Of a stretch of 64,000 nucleotides of DNA, positions 54,842 through 64,000 are shown one piece after another (position 1 is the stretch's first letter; each line of letters begins with the position of its first letter). The notes below the pieces were generated by a model. The model was not told the DNA's origin. It worked only from the letters and a program-made list of their open reading frames with translations, and made no database searches. Source of the DNA: Planctomycetaceae bacterium (GTDB taxonomy: Bacteria > Planctomycetota > Planctomycetia > Pirellulales > UBA1268); assembly GCA_046075685.1 (NCBI GenBank), contig JBJTQP010000224.1, forward strand, positions 310 through 64,309, read 5' to 3'. The position numbers were made by a program, and so were the translations under genes.

Positions 54842-55887
54842 CGCCCCGCCCCCGCCGCGGCGGCCGCCTCGCGGGCGTCGCCGCGGAAGAGTTCCGCCAC
54901 GATCTCCTCGAGCGGCACGTCCTCCACCGACACGTCGCGGACGCCGGCCGCTCCGAGGATCCCCGGCAGCACGTCGGCGATCCGGGTGCGGTCGATGCGG
55001 AGCACGGCCTGCGGTCCGCGGACCTCGCAGGGAAACCCGAACCGCTCGAGGCGGCCCCGGTCGGGCGTCTTGTCGAAGTCGAGGGTCACGATCTTGTGCG
55101 TGGTGAACCGGTCGACGATCTCGGCCAGGGAGCCGTCGTAGAGCACCTCGCCGCGGGTGATCACCACCACCCGCTCGCAGAGCGCGGCCACGTCCTTCAT
55201 GTAGTGGGTGGTCAGGATCACCGTCATCCGCCGCCGCCGCTGCACGCCGCGGAGAAACTCGTGGATCGTGTGCTGGGCGACCACGTCGAGGCCGATCGTC
55301 GGCTCGTCGAGAAACAGCACCTCGGGCTCGTGGAGCAGGGCCGCCACGAGCTCCAGCTTCATCCGCTCGCCGAGCGAAAGCTCGCGGACCGGCTGCAGCA
55401 CGAGCCGCCCGACGCCGAGCAGGTCGACGAGCTCGTCGCGGGTCTTCTCGAACCGGGCCGGCTCGATGCGATAGATCTCCTGGTGGAGGCGGAAGCTCTC
55501 GGCCGCGGGCAGGTCCCACCAGAGCTGGTTCCGCTGGCCCATCACGAGGGCGAAGCGACGGCGGAAGTCGTCGGCCCGCTCCCAGGGCACGTGCCCGAGA
55601 ACCGTGGCCGTGCCGCGGGTGGGCGTGATGATGCCGGAGAGCAGCTTGAGGAGCGTGGTCTTGCCGGCGCCGTTGGGCCCCAGCAGGGCGACGAACTCGC
55701 CGCGACCGACCCCCAGATCGACGCCCTTCACCGCCTCCACCACGCGGCTGGTGCGGTGGAACAGCGCCCTCACGCTCGCCGCCAGCCCCTCCGGCTTGTC
55801 GAAGACCCGATAGTCCTTGGCGAGGCCCGCCACGCGGATGACCGGCTCGTCGGGCCGGTCCACGGCGGCAGGATCGGTGTTGTGCAT
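54838..55887 (-). CDS. ABC transporter ATP-binding protein
   Basis: It has Walker A (GPNGAGKTT), the signature LSLGERMK, Walker B (VLFLDEPT) and a C-terminal extension of about 100 aa. The start is at MHNTDP. Confidence 0.85.
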   Translation of the reverse strand: MHNTDPAAVDRPDEPVIRVAGLAKDYRVFDKPEGLAASVRALFHRTSRVVEAVKGVDLGVGRGEFVALLGPNGAGKTTLLKLLSGIITPTRGTATVLGHVPWERADDFRRRFALVMGQRNQLWWDLPAAESFRLHQEIYRIEPARFEKTRDELVDLLGVGRLVLQPVRELSLGERMKLELVAALLHEPEVLFLDEPTIGLDVVAQHTIHEFLRGVQRRRRMTVILTTHYMKDVAALCERVVVITRGEVLYDGSLAEIVDRFTTHKIVTLDFDKTPDRGRLERFGFPCEVRGPQAVLRIDRTRIADVLPGILGAAGVRDVSVEDVPLEEIVAELFRGDAREAAAAAGAGR

Positions 55888-55937
55888 GGCGGGAGTATAG
55901 GGGAAAACCGTGCCTGCCCCGCCTGGAGACGGCACGC

Positions 55938-56414
55938 ATGCACCGCATCGGTCTCGGTCACGACACGCACCGCCTCGGCCCCGGCGACACGCTGGTGCTC
56001 GGCGGCGTGCGAATCCCCCACGACCGCGCCGCGATCGGCCACAGCGACGCCGACGTGCTCCTCCACGCGATCACCGACGCCCTGCTCGGCGCGGCGGCCC
56101 TCGGCGACATCGGCGAGCTGTTTCCCGACACCGATCCGGCGAACCGGGGCCGCGACTCGGCCGACATGCTGCGGCGGGCGTGCGATCTCGTGGCGGCGGC
56201 GGGCTGGCGGCTCGTGAACCTGGATTGCGTGATTTTCGCCCAACGGCCCAAAATCCTCCCGCACCGCCCGGCGATCCGGCGGCGGATCGCGGAGATCCTC
56301 GGCGTCGACGAGTCGGCCGTGTGGCTCAAGGCCAAGACGGGCGAGGGCGTGGGCCCGATCGGCACGGAGCTCGCGATCGCCGCCGAGTGCGTCGTGCTCG
56401 TTGACCGGTCGTGA
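55938..56414 (+). CDS. ispF: 2-C-methyl-D-erythritol 2,4-cyclodiphosphate synthase
   Basis: The sequence RIGLGHDTHRL ... GHSDADVLLHAITDALLGA ... GDIGELFPD is diagnostic. Confidence 0.9.
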   Translation: MHRIGLGHDTHRLGPGDTLVLGGVRIPHDRAAIGHSDADVLLHAITDALLGAAALGDIGELFPDTDPANRGRDSADMLRRACDLVAAAGWRLVNLDCVIFAQRPKILPHRPAIRRRIAEILGVDESAVWLKAKTGEGVGPIGTELAIAAECVVLVDRS

Positions 56415-56443
56415 CAGGACAACCTGACGGAAGCGGAGGCGAG

Positions 56444-58009
56444 ATGGCGATGGTGGACGCGGTGGCCGGACTCCCCGGGATCGAGATCTACAGCACCCTG
56501 ACGCGGGCCAAGACGCCGCTGGTCACCGTGCAGCCGGGCCACGTGGGCATGTACCTCTGCGGCCCCACGGTCTACAAGCCGAGCCACATCGGCCACATGG
56601 TCGGCCCGGTGATCTTCGACACCGTCAAGCGGCACCTCGTCTACTCGGGCTGGCGGGTGACGTGGGTCGTCAACGTGACCGACGTCGACGACAAGATCAT
56701 CGCCGAGAGCACCGCCCGCGGCACGACGATGGAGAAGCTCGCCGCGGAGATGACGGCCGACTACCTCGAGAACCTCGCCACGCTGGGCGTGACCGGCATC
56801 GACGAGATGCCGAAGGCCACGGACCACATCGGCACGATCATCGCGTTCATCGAGGGCCTGATCGCCAAGGGCTGCGCCTACTCAAGCGATGGCGACGTCT
56901 ACTTCGACGTGACCCGCGACGCCGACTACGGCAAGCTCACCAACCGCACCGTCGAGAGCACGCAGGGCGAAGGGGGCTCGACCGCGGACCGGAAAAAGTC
57001 GGCGGCCGACTTCGCCCTCTGGAAGAAGGCCAAGCCGGGCGAGCCCGCCTGGGACAGTCCCTGGGGCCCCGGCCGGCCCGGCTGGCACATCGAGTGCTCG
57101 GCGATGAGCAAGGCGATCCTCGGGCCGCACTTCGACATCCACGGCGGCGGCCTCGACCTCGTGTTTCCGCATCACGAAAACGAGATCGCCCAGAGCGAAT
57201 CGCTCCACGACTGCCCGATGGCCACGTTCTGGATGCACAACGGCCTGATGCAGGCCGGGGGCGCCGCCGGCAAGGTGGGCGGCCGGCCACGGGGCGAGGC
57301 GGGCGCGGCCGACGATGCGGCGGCGCAGGCGGCCACCAAGATCTCGAAGTCGACCGGCGCGGAGCCCTTCAAGAACCTGCTGGCCCGGCATCGCCCCGAG
57401 GCGATCCGCGTGCTCCTCCTCTCCACCCACTACCGCAGCCCGATCCACTTCGGCGAGGAACCGCTCGGCGAGAGCGCCCGGGCGATGGAGGCGTTCGAGA
57501 GGCTCTTCGCCCGCTCCCAGCGGGTGAGCGGCAAAACCTTCTATGCCCTGCCGTGCCGCGACCGCCGGGCCGGCGACGCCTCCGTGGCGGCGGCCGGCGA
57601 GGAAGTGCGGGTGCTGCGCGAGAAGTTCCTCGCGGCGATGGACGACGACTTCAACACGGCGATTGCGATCGCGTCGCTGTTCGACTACGTCCGGGTGGTG
57701 AACAAGTTCATCGACCAGCACGGCCTGGAGGCGAAGAAGCCACCGGCTGAACTGGCCACGCTCGACGCGATGATACTCACGCTCAGGGAACTCACCGGCG
57801 TGCTCGGCCTGTTCCTCGAGCCGCCGAAGCAGCAGGGCGGCGCCGACGAGGGCCTCGTGGCGGCACTCATGGACCTCGTGATCGAGATCCGGGCCAATGC
57901 CCGCAAGGCGAAGGATTTCGCGACCGCCGATCTCGTGCGGACCAAGCTCACCGCCGCGGGCATCGTGCTCGAAGACCGCCCCGACGGCACGGGCTGGACG
58001 CGGAAGTAG
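56444..58009 (+). CDS. cysS: Cysteine--tRNA ligase
   Basis: It has YLCGPTVYKPSHIGH (HIGH), WHIECSAM, the KISKS (KMSKS) motif and a C-terminal anticodon-binding helical domain. The start was taken at ATG 56444; the track gives GTG 56411. Confidence 0.9.
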   Translation: MAMVDAVAGLPGIEIYSTLTRAKTPLVTVQPGHVGMYLCGPTVYKPSHIGHMVGPVIFDTVKRHLVYSGWRVTWVVNVTDVDDKIIAESTARGTTMEKLAAEMTADYLENLATLGVTGIDEMPKATDHIGTIIAFIEGLIAKGCAYSSDGDVYFDVTRDADYGKLTNRTVESTQGEGGSTADRKKSAADFALWKKAKPGEPAWDSPWGPGRPGWHIECSAMSKAILGPHFDIHGGGLDLVFPHHENEIAQSESLHDCPMATFWMHNGLMQAGGAAGKVGGRPRGEAGAADDAAAQAATKISKSTGAEPFKNLLARHRPEAIRVLLLSTHYRSPIHFGEEPLGESARAMEAFERLFARSQRVSGKTFYALPCRDRRAGDASVAAAGEEVRVLREKFLAAMDDDFNTAIAIASLFDYVRVVNKFIDQHGLEAKKPPAELATLDAMILTLRELTGVLGLFLEPPKQQGGADEGLVAALMDLVIEIRANARKAKDFATADLVRTKLTAAGIVLEDRPDGTGWTRK

Positions 58010-58104
58010 GCCGGGCGTGGCCCCCTTGCCGCGGCTGCAGGATTCTGCGACCGTCCCCGCCTCGGGGCCCGCGCGTCAGGCGGCTCCGGCCGGCGACGAA
58101 CGCG

Positions 58105-58992
58105 ATGACGGACGTGCGAACTCTGGCGTGCTGGGCGGTGCTGATCGCGGCGGGCGCACGTGCCGCGCGCTGCGACGTGCCCTTCGACCCGGCCCGCGAG
58201 GCGGACCGGCCGTGGACCCGCTTCCTCGCCGAGGCGTTTCCCGAGGGCATCGATCCCGACGCGTCGCGGGGGCCGACCACGATCCGCGAGCCTGGGCCCG
58301 ACACCGCCAACTACCCCAACAGCCCCGACACGCTGCCCCGGGGGGGCGTCTATCTGGAAATGAGCCCGGTCTTCTACACGAGCGCCATCTCCACGATCCA
58401 GCCGGCCGCCTACAACGCCGAGTTCCTCCTCCGCATGGGGCTCACCGATCGCGTCGAGTTCCGCGTCTACTCCAGCGGCTTCACGTGGCAGGCGGCGGGG
58501 CTCGGCATGGGGGAGACCACGGGCTTCTCGCCACTCATCTTCGACACGAAGATCCACTTCTGGGAGGAGAACCGCGACTGGTTCCTGCCCGCCGTCGGCT
58601 TCGAGGCCTTCATCCAGACGCCCTGGTCGTCGCCGGCCTTCAACGGCGGCACGCAGCCGGCGCTGATGATGCTGTTCCGCAACACGCTCTTCTGGGGCCT
58701 GGTCGCGGAATACAACGTGGGCATGGCCACCGACTCGACGCAGCAGGGCTTCGTGCCGATCGACATCGTGCAGTGGGCCATCAGCAAGGAGCTCACCGAC
58801 GATTTCCAGGTCTTCGTGCACGGCTTCCAGAACGAGTCGGCCCTGCCCAGGCTCTCGGCGCAGACGGTGGTCGGCGGCGGGTTCGTCTGGTTTCCCAGCG
58901 ACCGACTTTCGGTGTACGGGAACTGGGGAGCCGGCACCGACAAGGCCGGGCCCGCGACGACCTTCCAGTTCGGCATGGCCACCACGCTCTGA
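58105..58992 (+). CDS. Putative outer-membrane beta-barrel protein (MetA-pathway/transporter-like family)
   Basis: It has a signal peptide (MTDVRTLACWAVLIAAGARA) and alternating aromatic/Gly beta-strand patterns over about 270 aa. The family call is tentative. Confidence 0.5.
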   Translation: MTDVRTLACWAVLIAAGARAARCDVPFDPAREADRPWTRFLAEAFPEGIDPDASRGPTTIREPGPDTANYPNSPDTLPRGGVYLEMSPVFYTSAISTIQPAAYNAEFLLRMGLTDRVEFRVYSSGFTWQAAGLGMGETTGFSPLIFDTKIHFWEENRDWFLPAVGFEAFIQTPWSSPAFNGGTQPALMMLFRNTLFWGLVAEYNVGMATDSTQQGFVPIDIVQWAISKELTDDFQVFVHGFQNESALPRLSAQTVVGGGFVWFPSDRLSVYGNWGAGTDKAGPATTFQFGMATTL

Positions 58993-58997
58993 CGGCC

Positions 58998-59041
58998 GCA
59001 GCGCCGCAGGCTCCTGCAGCGCCGCAGGCTACCGCAGCGCC
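58998..59041. repeat. Tandem repeat, about 2.5 x 18 nt (gcagcgccgcaggctNNN)
   Basis: Direct reading. It lies in the 36-nt gap between convergent genes and overlaps the stop codon of 59029..60159. It contains the ccgcaggct half-site of the REP-like family. Confidence 0.85.
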
Positions 59042-60159
59042 GGGTCGTGCGGCTCGTCGAAGGGGCCTTCGAGCACCGCGCCGGGCTGGTCGCGACGGCC
59101 GGCCTTGTCGATCACCACCGTTGCCTGGCGAAGGATCGCCTCCGGCACCCGCCAGCGGGCCCGGTCGTAGCCCGGAGCCTCGAGGTTCACGGTCAGCCGC
59201 GGCGGAATCGTCCGCGAGGTCTCGCCGATCGGAATCGTCTTCGGATCGGCGCCCGCGAGGATGTCGCCGGCCACCCGCCCCGCGAGCAACCCCACCTGGT
59301 GGAAGTCGTAGCCCACGTCGAAGAGCGTGCCGCGGTCCGGCGGTCCCGGCGTGACCGAGAACACGGGCAGTCCGGCCTTGGCCGCGGCCGCAACCACCGA
59401 GTCGGTCACGCTCGACACGGTGGTGTCGCCGGGGATGAAGATCACGTCGGCGCCGCGGGAGATCGTCGCCTGCACCGCCTCCACCACGCCCGACGAGTTT
59501 TCCACGGCGGCCTCGAGCAGTTCGAGGGTGCGGGCGGCACAGGTGGCCCGGGCGAGTTCCATGAACCGCCGCGAGTTGCTCTCCGCGGGATTGTGGGCCG
59601 CGCCCACCCGGCGGACGTGCGGGGCGATCGCCTGCAGCAGCCGAAACGTGGCGTCCACCGGCGAGAGGCTGCCATAACCGACGAGGTGGGGCGGGTGGAC
59701 GAGCGGGTCGCGGCGGTCGAGGCCGACGCCGGCGGAGAACGGGTCGGCCACCGCGGCGAACACGTGGACGAGCCGGCTCCCCGCCGGCCGCCCCCGCTCG
59801 TTGGCCGTGGCCAGCGCCTGGAGCGAGGGCGTGCTCGACGTCAGCCCCATGTCGAAGCCGCCGCCCACGATCTCGCGGGCGATCGCGTTGGCCTGGGCGA
59901 GATCCCCTTCCGCGTTGTAGCGGCGGATGGTCACGGTCGTGCCGTCGACGAAGCCCTTCTCCGCCAGCCCGTCGATCATCCCGCGGACGGCGTCGTCGAG
60001 CAGCGGCGTGCTCACCTGCTGGAGCACCGCCACCACCGGCACGCTCCGTCGCGATCCCGCCCGATCGGTCGCGAGCAGCAGGGCCGACGCGCCGCCGAGC
60101 ACGGCGACGAGCGGCAGCCAGCGGCGAAGCGGAGCGGGCAGGATGGCATGGTCGGTCAT
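59029..60159 (-). CDS. ABC transporter substrate-binding protein (ABC_sub_bind / PF04392-like, TrpX-type)
   Basis: It has an N-terminal anchor helix, then VVAVLQQVSTPLLDDAVRGMIDGLAEKGFVDG ... YNAEGD, a pattern typical of this periplasmic-binding family. Confidence 0.7.
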   Translation of the reverse strand: MTDHAILPAPLRRWLPLVAVLGGASALLLATDRAGSRRSVPVVAVLQQVSTPLLDDAVRGMIDGLAEKGFVDGTTVTIRRYNAEGDLAQANAIAREIVGGGFDMGLTSSTPSLQALATANERGRPAGSRLVHVFAAVADPFSAGVGLDRRDPLVHPPHLVGYGSLSPVDATFRLLQAIAPHVRRVGAAHNPAESNSRRFMELARATCAARTLELLEAAVENSSGVVEAVQATISRGADVIFIPGDTTVSSVTDSVVAAAAKAGLPVFSVTPGPPDRGTLFDVGYDFHQVGLLAGRVAGDILAGADPKTIPIGETSRTIPPRLTVNLEAPGYDRARWRVPEAILRQATVVIDKAGRRDQPGAVLEGPFDEPHDPALR

Positions 60160-60169
60160 GGCGGGCTCG

Positions 60170-60982
60170 TCACACGTAGAGGTCGGCAAGGGTGCGGGCC
60201 GCGGCGTCGTCGAGCTGGTCGGCCCGCCGCAGGGCGTCGAAGCGGTCGGCGAGATCCTCGGGCGTCAGCCGCCGCTTCGCCGCCCCCGCGACGTCGAGTT
60301 CGATGCGGCCGCGGTGCACGAGCACCAGCCGGTCGCCGAGCGAGGCAGCCTGGGCCAGCGAGTGCGTGACCATCAGTGCCGTGAGCTTGCCGGCCCGGAT
60401 GAGGTCGGCCGTCGCCCGCACCACGCGGTCGGCCGCCGCCGGGTCGAGGGCGGCGGTGTGCTCGTCGAGCAGGAGGAGTTCCGGGCGGTGCCAGGTGGCC
60501 ATCAGGAGCGTGACGATCTGCCGCTGGCCCCCCGACATCGAGCCGATCGGCTGGTCGAGCCGCTCCTCGAGCCCGGGCACGATGCGGCCCAGCCGCGCGG
60601 ACGCCTCGGCACGCAGCCGCCGGTCGGTGGCCCAGCGCAGGCCGGGCAGGCGGCCGCGGCAGGCGGCCACGGCGATGTTCTCCAGCACCGTCAGCGACGC
60701 GGCGGTGCCGGCCCGCGGATCCTGGAACACGCGGCCGATGAGGCCGGCGCGGGCGTGCTGCGACCAGCCCGTGATGTCGCGGCCGGCGAGCGAGATGCAG
60801 CCCGACGAGAGCCGCACCGTGCCGGCGATCGCCCCCTGGAGCGTGCTCTTGCCCGAGCCGTTGGTGCCGATCACCACCACGAACTGGCCAGCCGGCACGT
60901 GCAACGACACGCCGTCGACCGCCCGCACCGCCGGCCCACCCGGCGACTGGAAGATCACGCTGGCACGATCGATGTCGAGCAT
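60170..60982 (-). CDS. ABC transporter ATP-binding protein
   Basis: It has Walker A (GTNGSGKST), the signature MSGGQRQ and Walker B (LLLLDEHTAALD). Confidence 0.85.
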   Translation of the reverse strand: MLDIDRASVIFQSPGGPAVRAVDGVSLHVPAGQFVVVIGTNGSGKSTLQGAIAGTVRLSSGCISLAGRDITGWSQHARAGLIGRVFQDPRAGTAASLTVLENIAVAACRGRLPGLRWATDRRLRAEASARLGRIVPGLEERLDQPIGSMSGGQRQIVTLLMATWHRPELLLLDEHTAALDPAAADRVVRATADLIRAGKLTALMVTHSLAQAASLGDRLVLVHRGRIELDVAGAAKRRLTPEDLADRFDALRRADQLDDAAARTLADLYV

Positions 60983-60983
60983 C

Positions 60984-61886
60984 TCAGGCCCTGCTCCGGG
61001 AGCCGAGCAGCCGCGGGGCGACCAGCGCCGCGAGCACCACGGCGGCGGTGGCCGCCTTGAGCCAGTCGGGGTCGAGCCCCGCCCGCAGCGCCGAGGCCAC
61101 GAGCAGGCGGAAGGTCACGCTGCCCGACGCCGCCGCCGCCAGCGCCGTGCCCAGGCCCGCCCCGCCCACGAGCGCCCGGCCGAGGAACACGCTCGCCATG
61201 CCCCAGACCACCATCCCGATGCCCATCTGGACGTCGGCGAAACCCTGGTACTGCGCGACGAGGCCGCCAGCGGCCGCGGTGAGCGAGTTGGAGATCGCCA
61301 GACCGCCCACCGTGAGCAGGCCGGTGTCGCGGCCCAGCGCCCGGGCCATGGTCGGCGTGTCGCCGCCCGCCCGCATCGCGGTGCCGAGCCGCGTGCGGAA
61401 GAAGAGGTACAGGACCGTCGCCGCGACGATCACCACGCCGAGCGCGAACGCCGTGCGGGCCAGTTCCCCGGCCAGCGTCGCATCGACGCCGCATCGCTCC
61501 AGGAGCGGCCCGAGCCGCCGCTCGACCACGTCGAACAGCGTCGTGGCCCGGCCGAGCGGCACGTTGCTGCGGCCGAGCGCCACGAGGTTCACGCTCGCCA
61601 GCGACGTGCTCACGAGGATGCCCGCGAGCAGCGGCTCCACCCCGAGGAAGGCGTTGATCAGCGCGGTCGCCACGCCCGCCGTCGCGCCGGCCGCCATGCC
61701 GGCGAGCGTCGCCGGCGCCGGATCCCATCCCGCGACGAGCAGGCCGGCGGCCACGACGCCCCCCAGGGTGAACGAGCCGTCGGTGGTGATGTCGGGAAAG
61801 GAGAACAGCCGGTAGCTCACGAACACGCCCAGGGCGACGAGCGCCAGTGTCAGACCGAACGTCCATGTGGAGAGCAGCGTGATCAT
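60984..61886 (-). CDS. ABC transporter permease (branched-chain/BPD_transp_2-like)
   Basis: Track ORF trimmed to Met 116 (MITLLSTWTFGLTLALVALGVFVSYR). It has DITTDGSF and many hydrophobic segments. Its ATG overlaps the upstream stop by 4 nt. Confidence 0.8.
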   Translation of the reverse strand: MITLLSTWTFGLTLALVALGVFVSYRLFSFPDITTDGSFTLGGVVAAGLLVAGWDPAPATLAGMAAGATAGVATALINAFLGVEPLLAGILVSTSLASVNLVALGRSNVPLGRATTLFDVVERRLGPLLERCGVDATLAGELARTAFALGVVIVAATVLYLFFRTRLGTAMRAGGDTPTMARALGRDTGLLTVGGLAISNSLTAAAGGLVAQYQGFADVQMGIGMVVWGMASVFLGRALVGGAGLGTALAAAASGSVTFRLLVASALRAGLDPDWLKAATAAVVLAALVAPRLLGSRSRA

Positions 61887-63145
61887 GTCGCCGGCCCTCC
61901 CGCGTCGATCTCGAGCGGCGTGAACCAGACCGACCCCCGGGCAAACTCCGAGCGGCCGCTGCCGAGGACGGGCTGCGGGTCGGCCACGAGATGCATCACC
62001 GCCAGGGGCGACGACGCCGCGAGGTCGGCCACGGTGGCGGCGAGGTCGAGGCCGCCGCGGCGGAGCGGCCGATACGGAAACACCACCGCGTGGAAGTGGG
62101 CGGCGAAGCCGCGGCCCGGCACGTCGCGGACGAAGCCGGCGAGCTGGCCGGCCGCCGGCGTGCGCGTCACGATCCCGACGACCGCGGCGGTTCGCCGCGC
62201 GTGGACCGGCTCGCGGGAGAAGCTCAGCCACGTGGCCGCCACCTCGCGGGTGCCCGCCACCGGCGTGTCGCCCGCGCGGGCCTCGGCGAGCGGCCGGATC
62301 AGCTCGGCTCCCACGAGGCCGTGCACCTCGCCGGCCACGATGATCCCGAGCGTGGCCGCCTCCGTCTGGGCGAACACCGCCTCCACGAGGTCGTCGAGCC
62401 GCACGCTGGGCTCGTCACCGGTGGGCTCGAAGCCGGCCCGGCCCGCCGGGATGCCCTCCCACACGGCACCCGAGAGCAGGTTGACGTCGGCGAGCAGGTC
62501 GCCCTGGGGCAGCACGTAGTCGACCGCGGCGTGGGGCTGAGGCGGACGGTGAAACACGGCCCCGGCCGCCGCCACCAGTTCGCCGGCCCGTTCGGCGGGC
62601 GGATGGCCGTCGGCGATCGCGGCCAGCCCGAGGCCGCAGGCGTGCCGCGGGATGCGGCGCCGCGTCGCCGGGCCGCCGCGACCGGCCACCGCATCGCCCG
62701 CCGCGTCGAACAGCGTGCATCGCAGGGAGGCGGACGGCCGCTCAACGCCGAGCAGCGTCACCGGGCCACAGACGAGATCGGCCGCCGGCGGCGGCGCGGA
62801 TGACGCGGCTGGCGCCGCCGCAGCTCCCGCCCCCTCCATGATCAAGGGCGACAGCCGCGTCAGGTCGAGCACCCGCTTCACCACGGGGCTCACCAGGCGG
62901 GCGAAGCACGTCCCGCCCACCGCCTTCGCCGACTTCTGGGTCTCGAACAGGTGGCTGATGCCCGCGGAGCTCAGGAACGTGATCGCGTCGAGGTCGAGCC
63001 GGATCGCGTGATGCCCGAGCCGCAGCTCGTCGGCCACGGCCCGCATGAGCTCCGGACCCGTCTCGGCGTCCACGCGGCCCGCACACACGAGGAGCACGAC
63101 GCCCCCCTGCTCCACGCGGTCGATGCTCAGGTCCATCGGATTCAC
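61883..63145 (-). CDS. STAS-domain (anti-sigma-antagonist-like) protein fused to a C-terminal domain of about 300 aa of unknown family
   Basis: It starts at a GTG. The N-terminal 100 aa (VVLLVCAGRVDAETGPELMRAV ... IRLDLDAITFLSSAGISHLFE ... VSPVVKRVLDLTRL) match the STAS/SpoIIAA pattern. I recognised no motif in the remainder. Confidence 0.65.
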   Translation of the reverse strand: MNPMDLSIDRVEQGGVVLLVCAGRVDAETGPELMRAVADELRLGHHAIRLDLDAITFLSSAGISHLFETQKSAKAVGGTCFARLVSPVVKRVLDLTRLSPLIMEGAGAAAAPAASSAPPPAADLVCGPVTLLGVERPSASLRCTLFDAAGDAVAGRGGPATRRRIPRHACGLGLAAIADGHPPAERAGELVAAAGAVFHRPPQPHAAVDYVLPQGDLLADVNLLSGAVWEGIPAGRAGFEPTGDEPSVRLDDLVEAVFAQTEAATLGIIVAGEVHGLVGAELIRPLAEARAGDTPVAGTREVAATWLSFSREPVHARRTAAVVGIVTRTPAAGQLAGFVRDVPGRGFAAHFHAVVFPYRPLRRGGLDLAATVADLAASSPLAVMHLVADPQPVLGSGRSEFARGSVWFTPLEIDAGGPAT

Positions 63146-63170
63146 TGGCCGACGACGGGCCGGCTCCGCG

Positions 63171-64000
<830 letters not shown>

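Noticed and set aside
60192-62519. 775-aa plus-strand ORF
   Set aside because: It is antisense to the ABC ATPase, permease and STAS-fusion genes, all of which carry clear motifs.

Overview
This is a very GC-rich bacterial chromosome segment; third codon positions are almost always G/C, so every frame carries long spurious ORFs. Gene content looks like Planctomycetota: DUF1570, a DUF1080-ThuA fusion, Tat-signal Gfo/Idh/MocA oxidoreductases, and a Rieske/split cytochrome b operon with a giant multihaem cytochrome c. I can support about 55 protein genes, one tRNA-Leu(UAA) and several families of short intergenic repeats. I saw no rRNA, CRISPR array, transposase, integrase or phage genes. Most genes are housekeeping: purD, pgi, apgM, tatC, ftsY-nusB-ribH-rho-coaE-polA, ispF, cysS, thiC and fdxA. 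Five things deserve a second look. (1) A respiratory operon on the minus strand (9358..1) encodes a Rieske protein with a repeat-bearing pre-Tat extension, a split cytochrome b, a 1547-aa octahaem cytochrome c, and two cupredoxin-like paralogues. (2) A translationally coupled block on the minus strand (51315..47289) encodes TIM barrel, UbiA prenyltransferase, TIM barrel and alkaline-phosphatase-family phosphodiesterase. It resembles a reduced ebo-type cluster and lies downstream of a UPF0324 transporter and an ABC-2 exporter. (3) An operon (63145..59029) starts with a STAS-domain fusion protein coupled to a PF04392-type ABC importer. (4) A REP-like family of palindromic elements recurs at three gene 3' ends. 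(5) Short tandem repeats sit in convergent intergenic gaps, and one 534-nt intergenic region is dense with repeats. All functional calls rest on motif recognition by eye. No database search was run.
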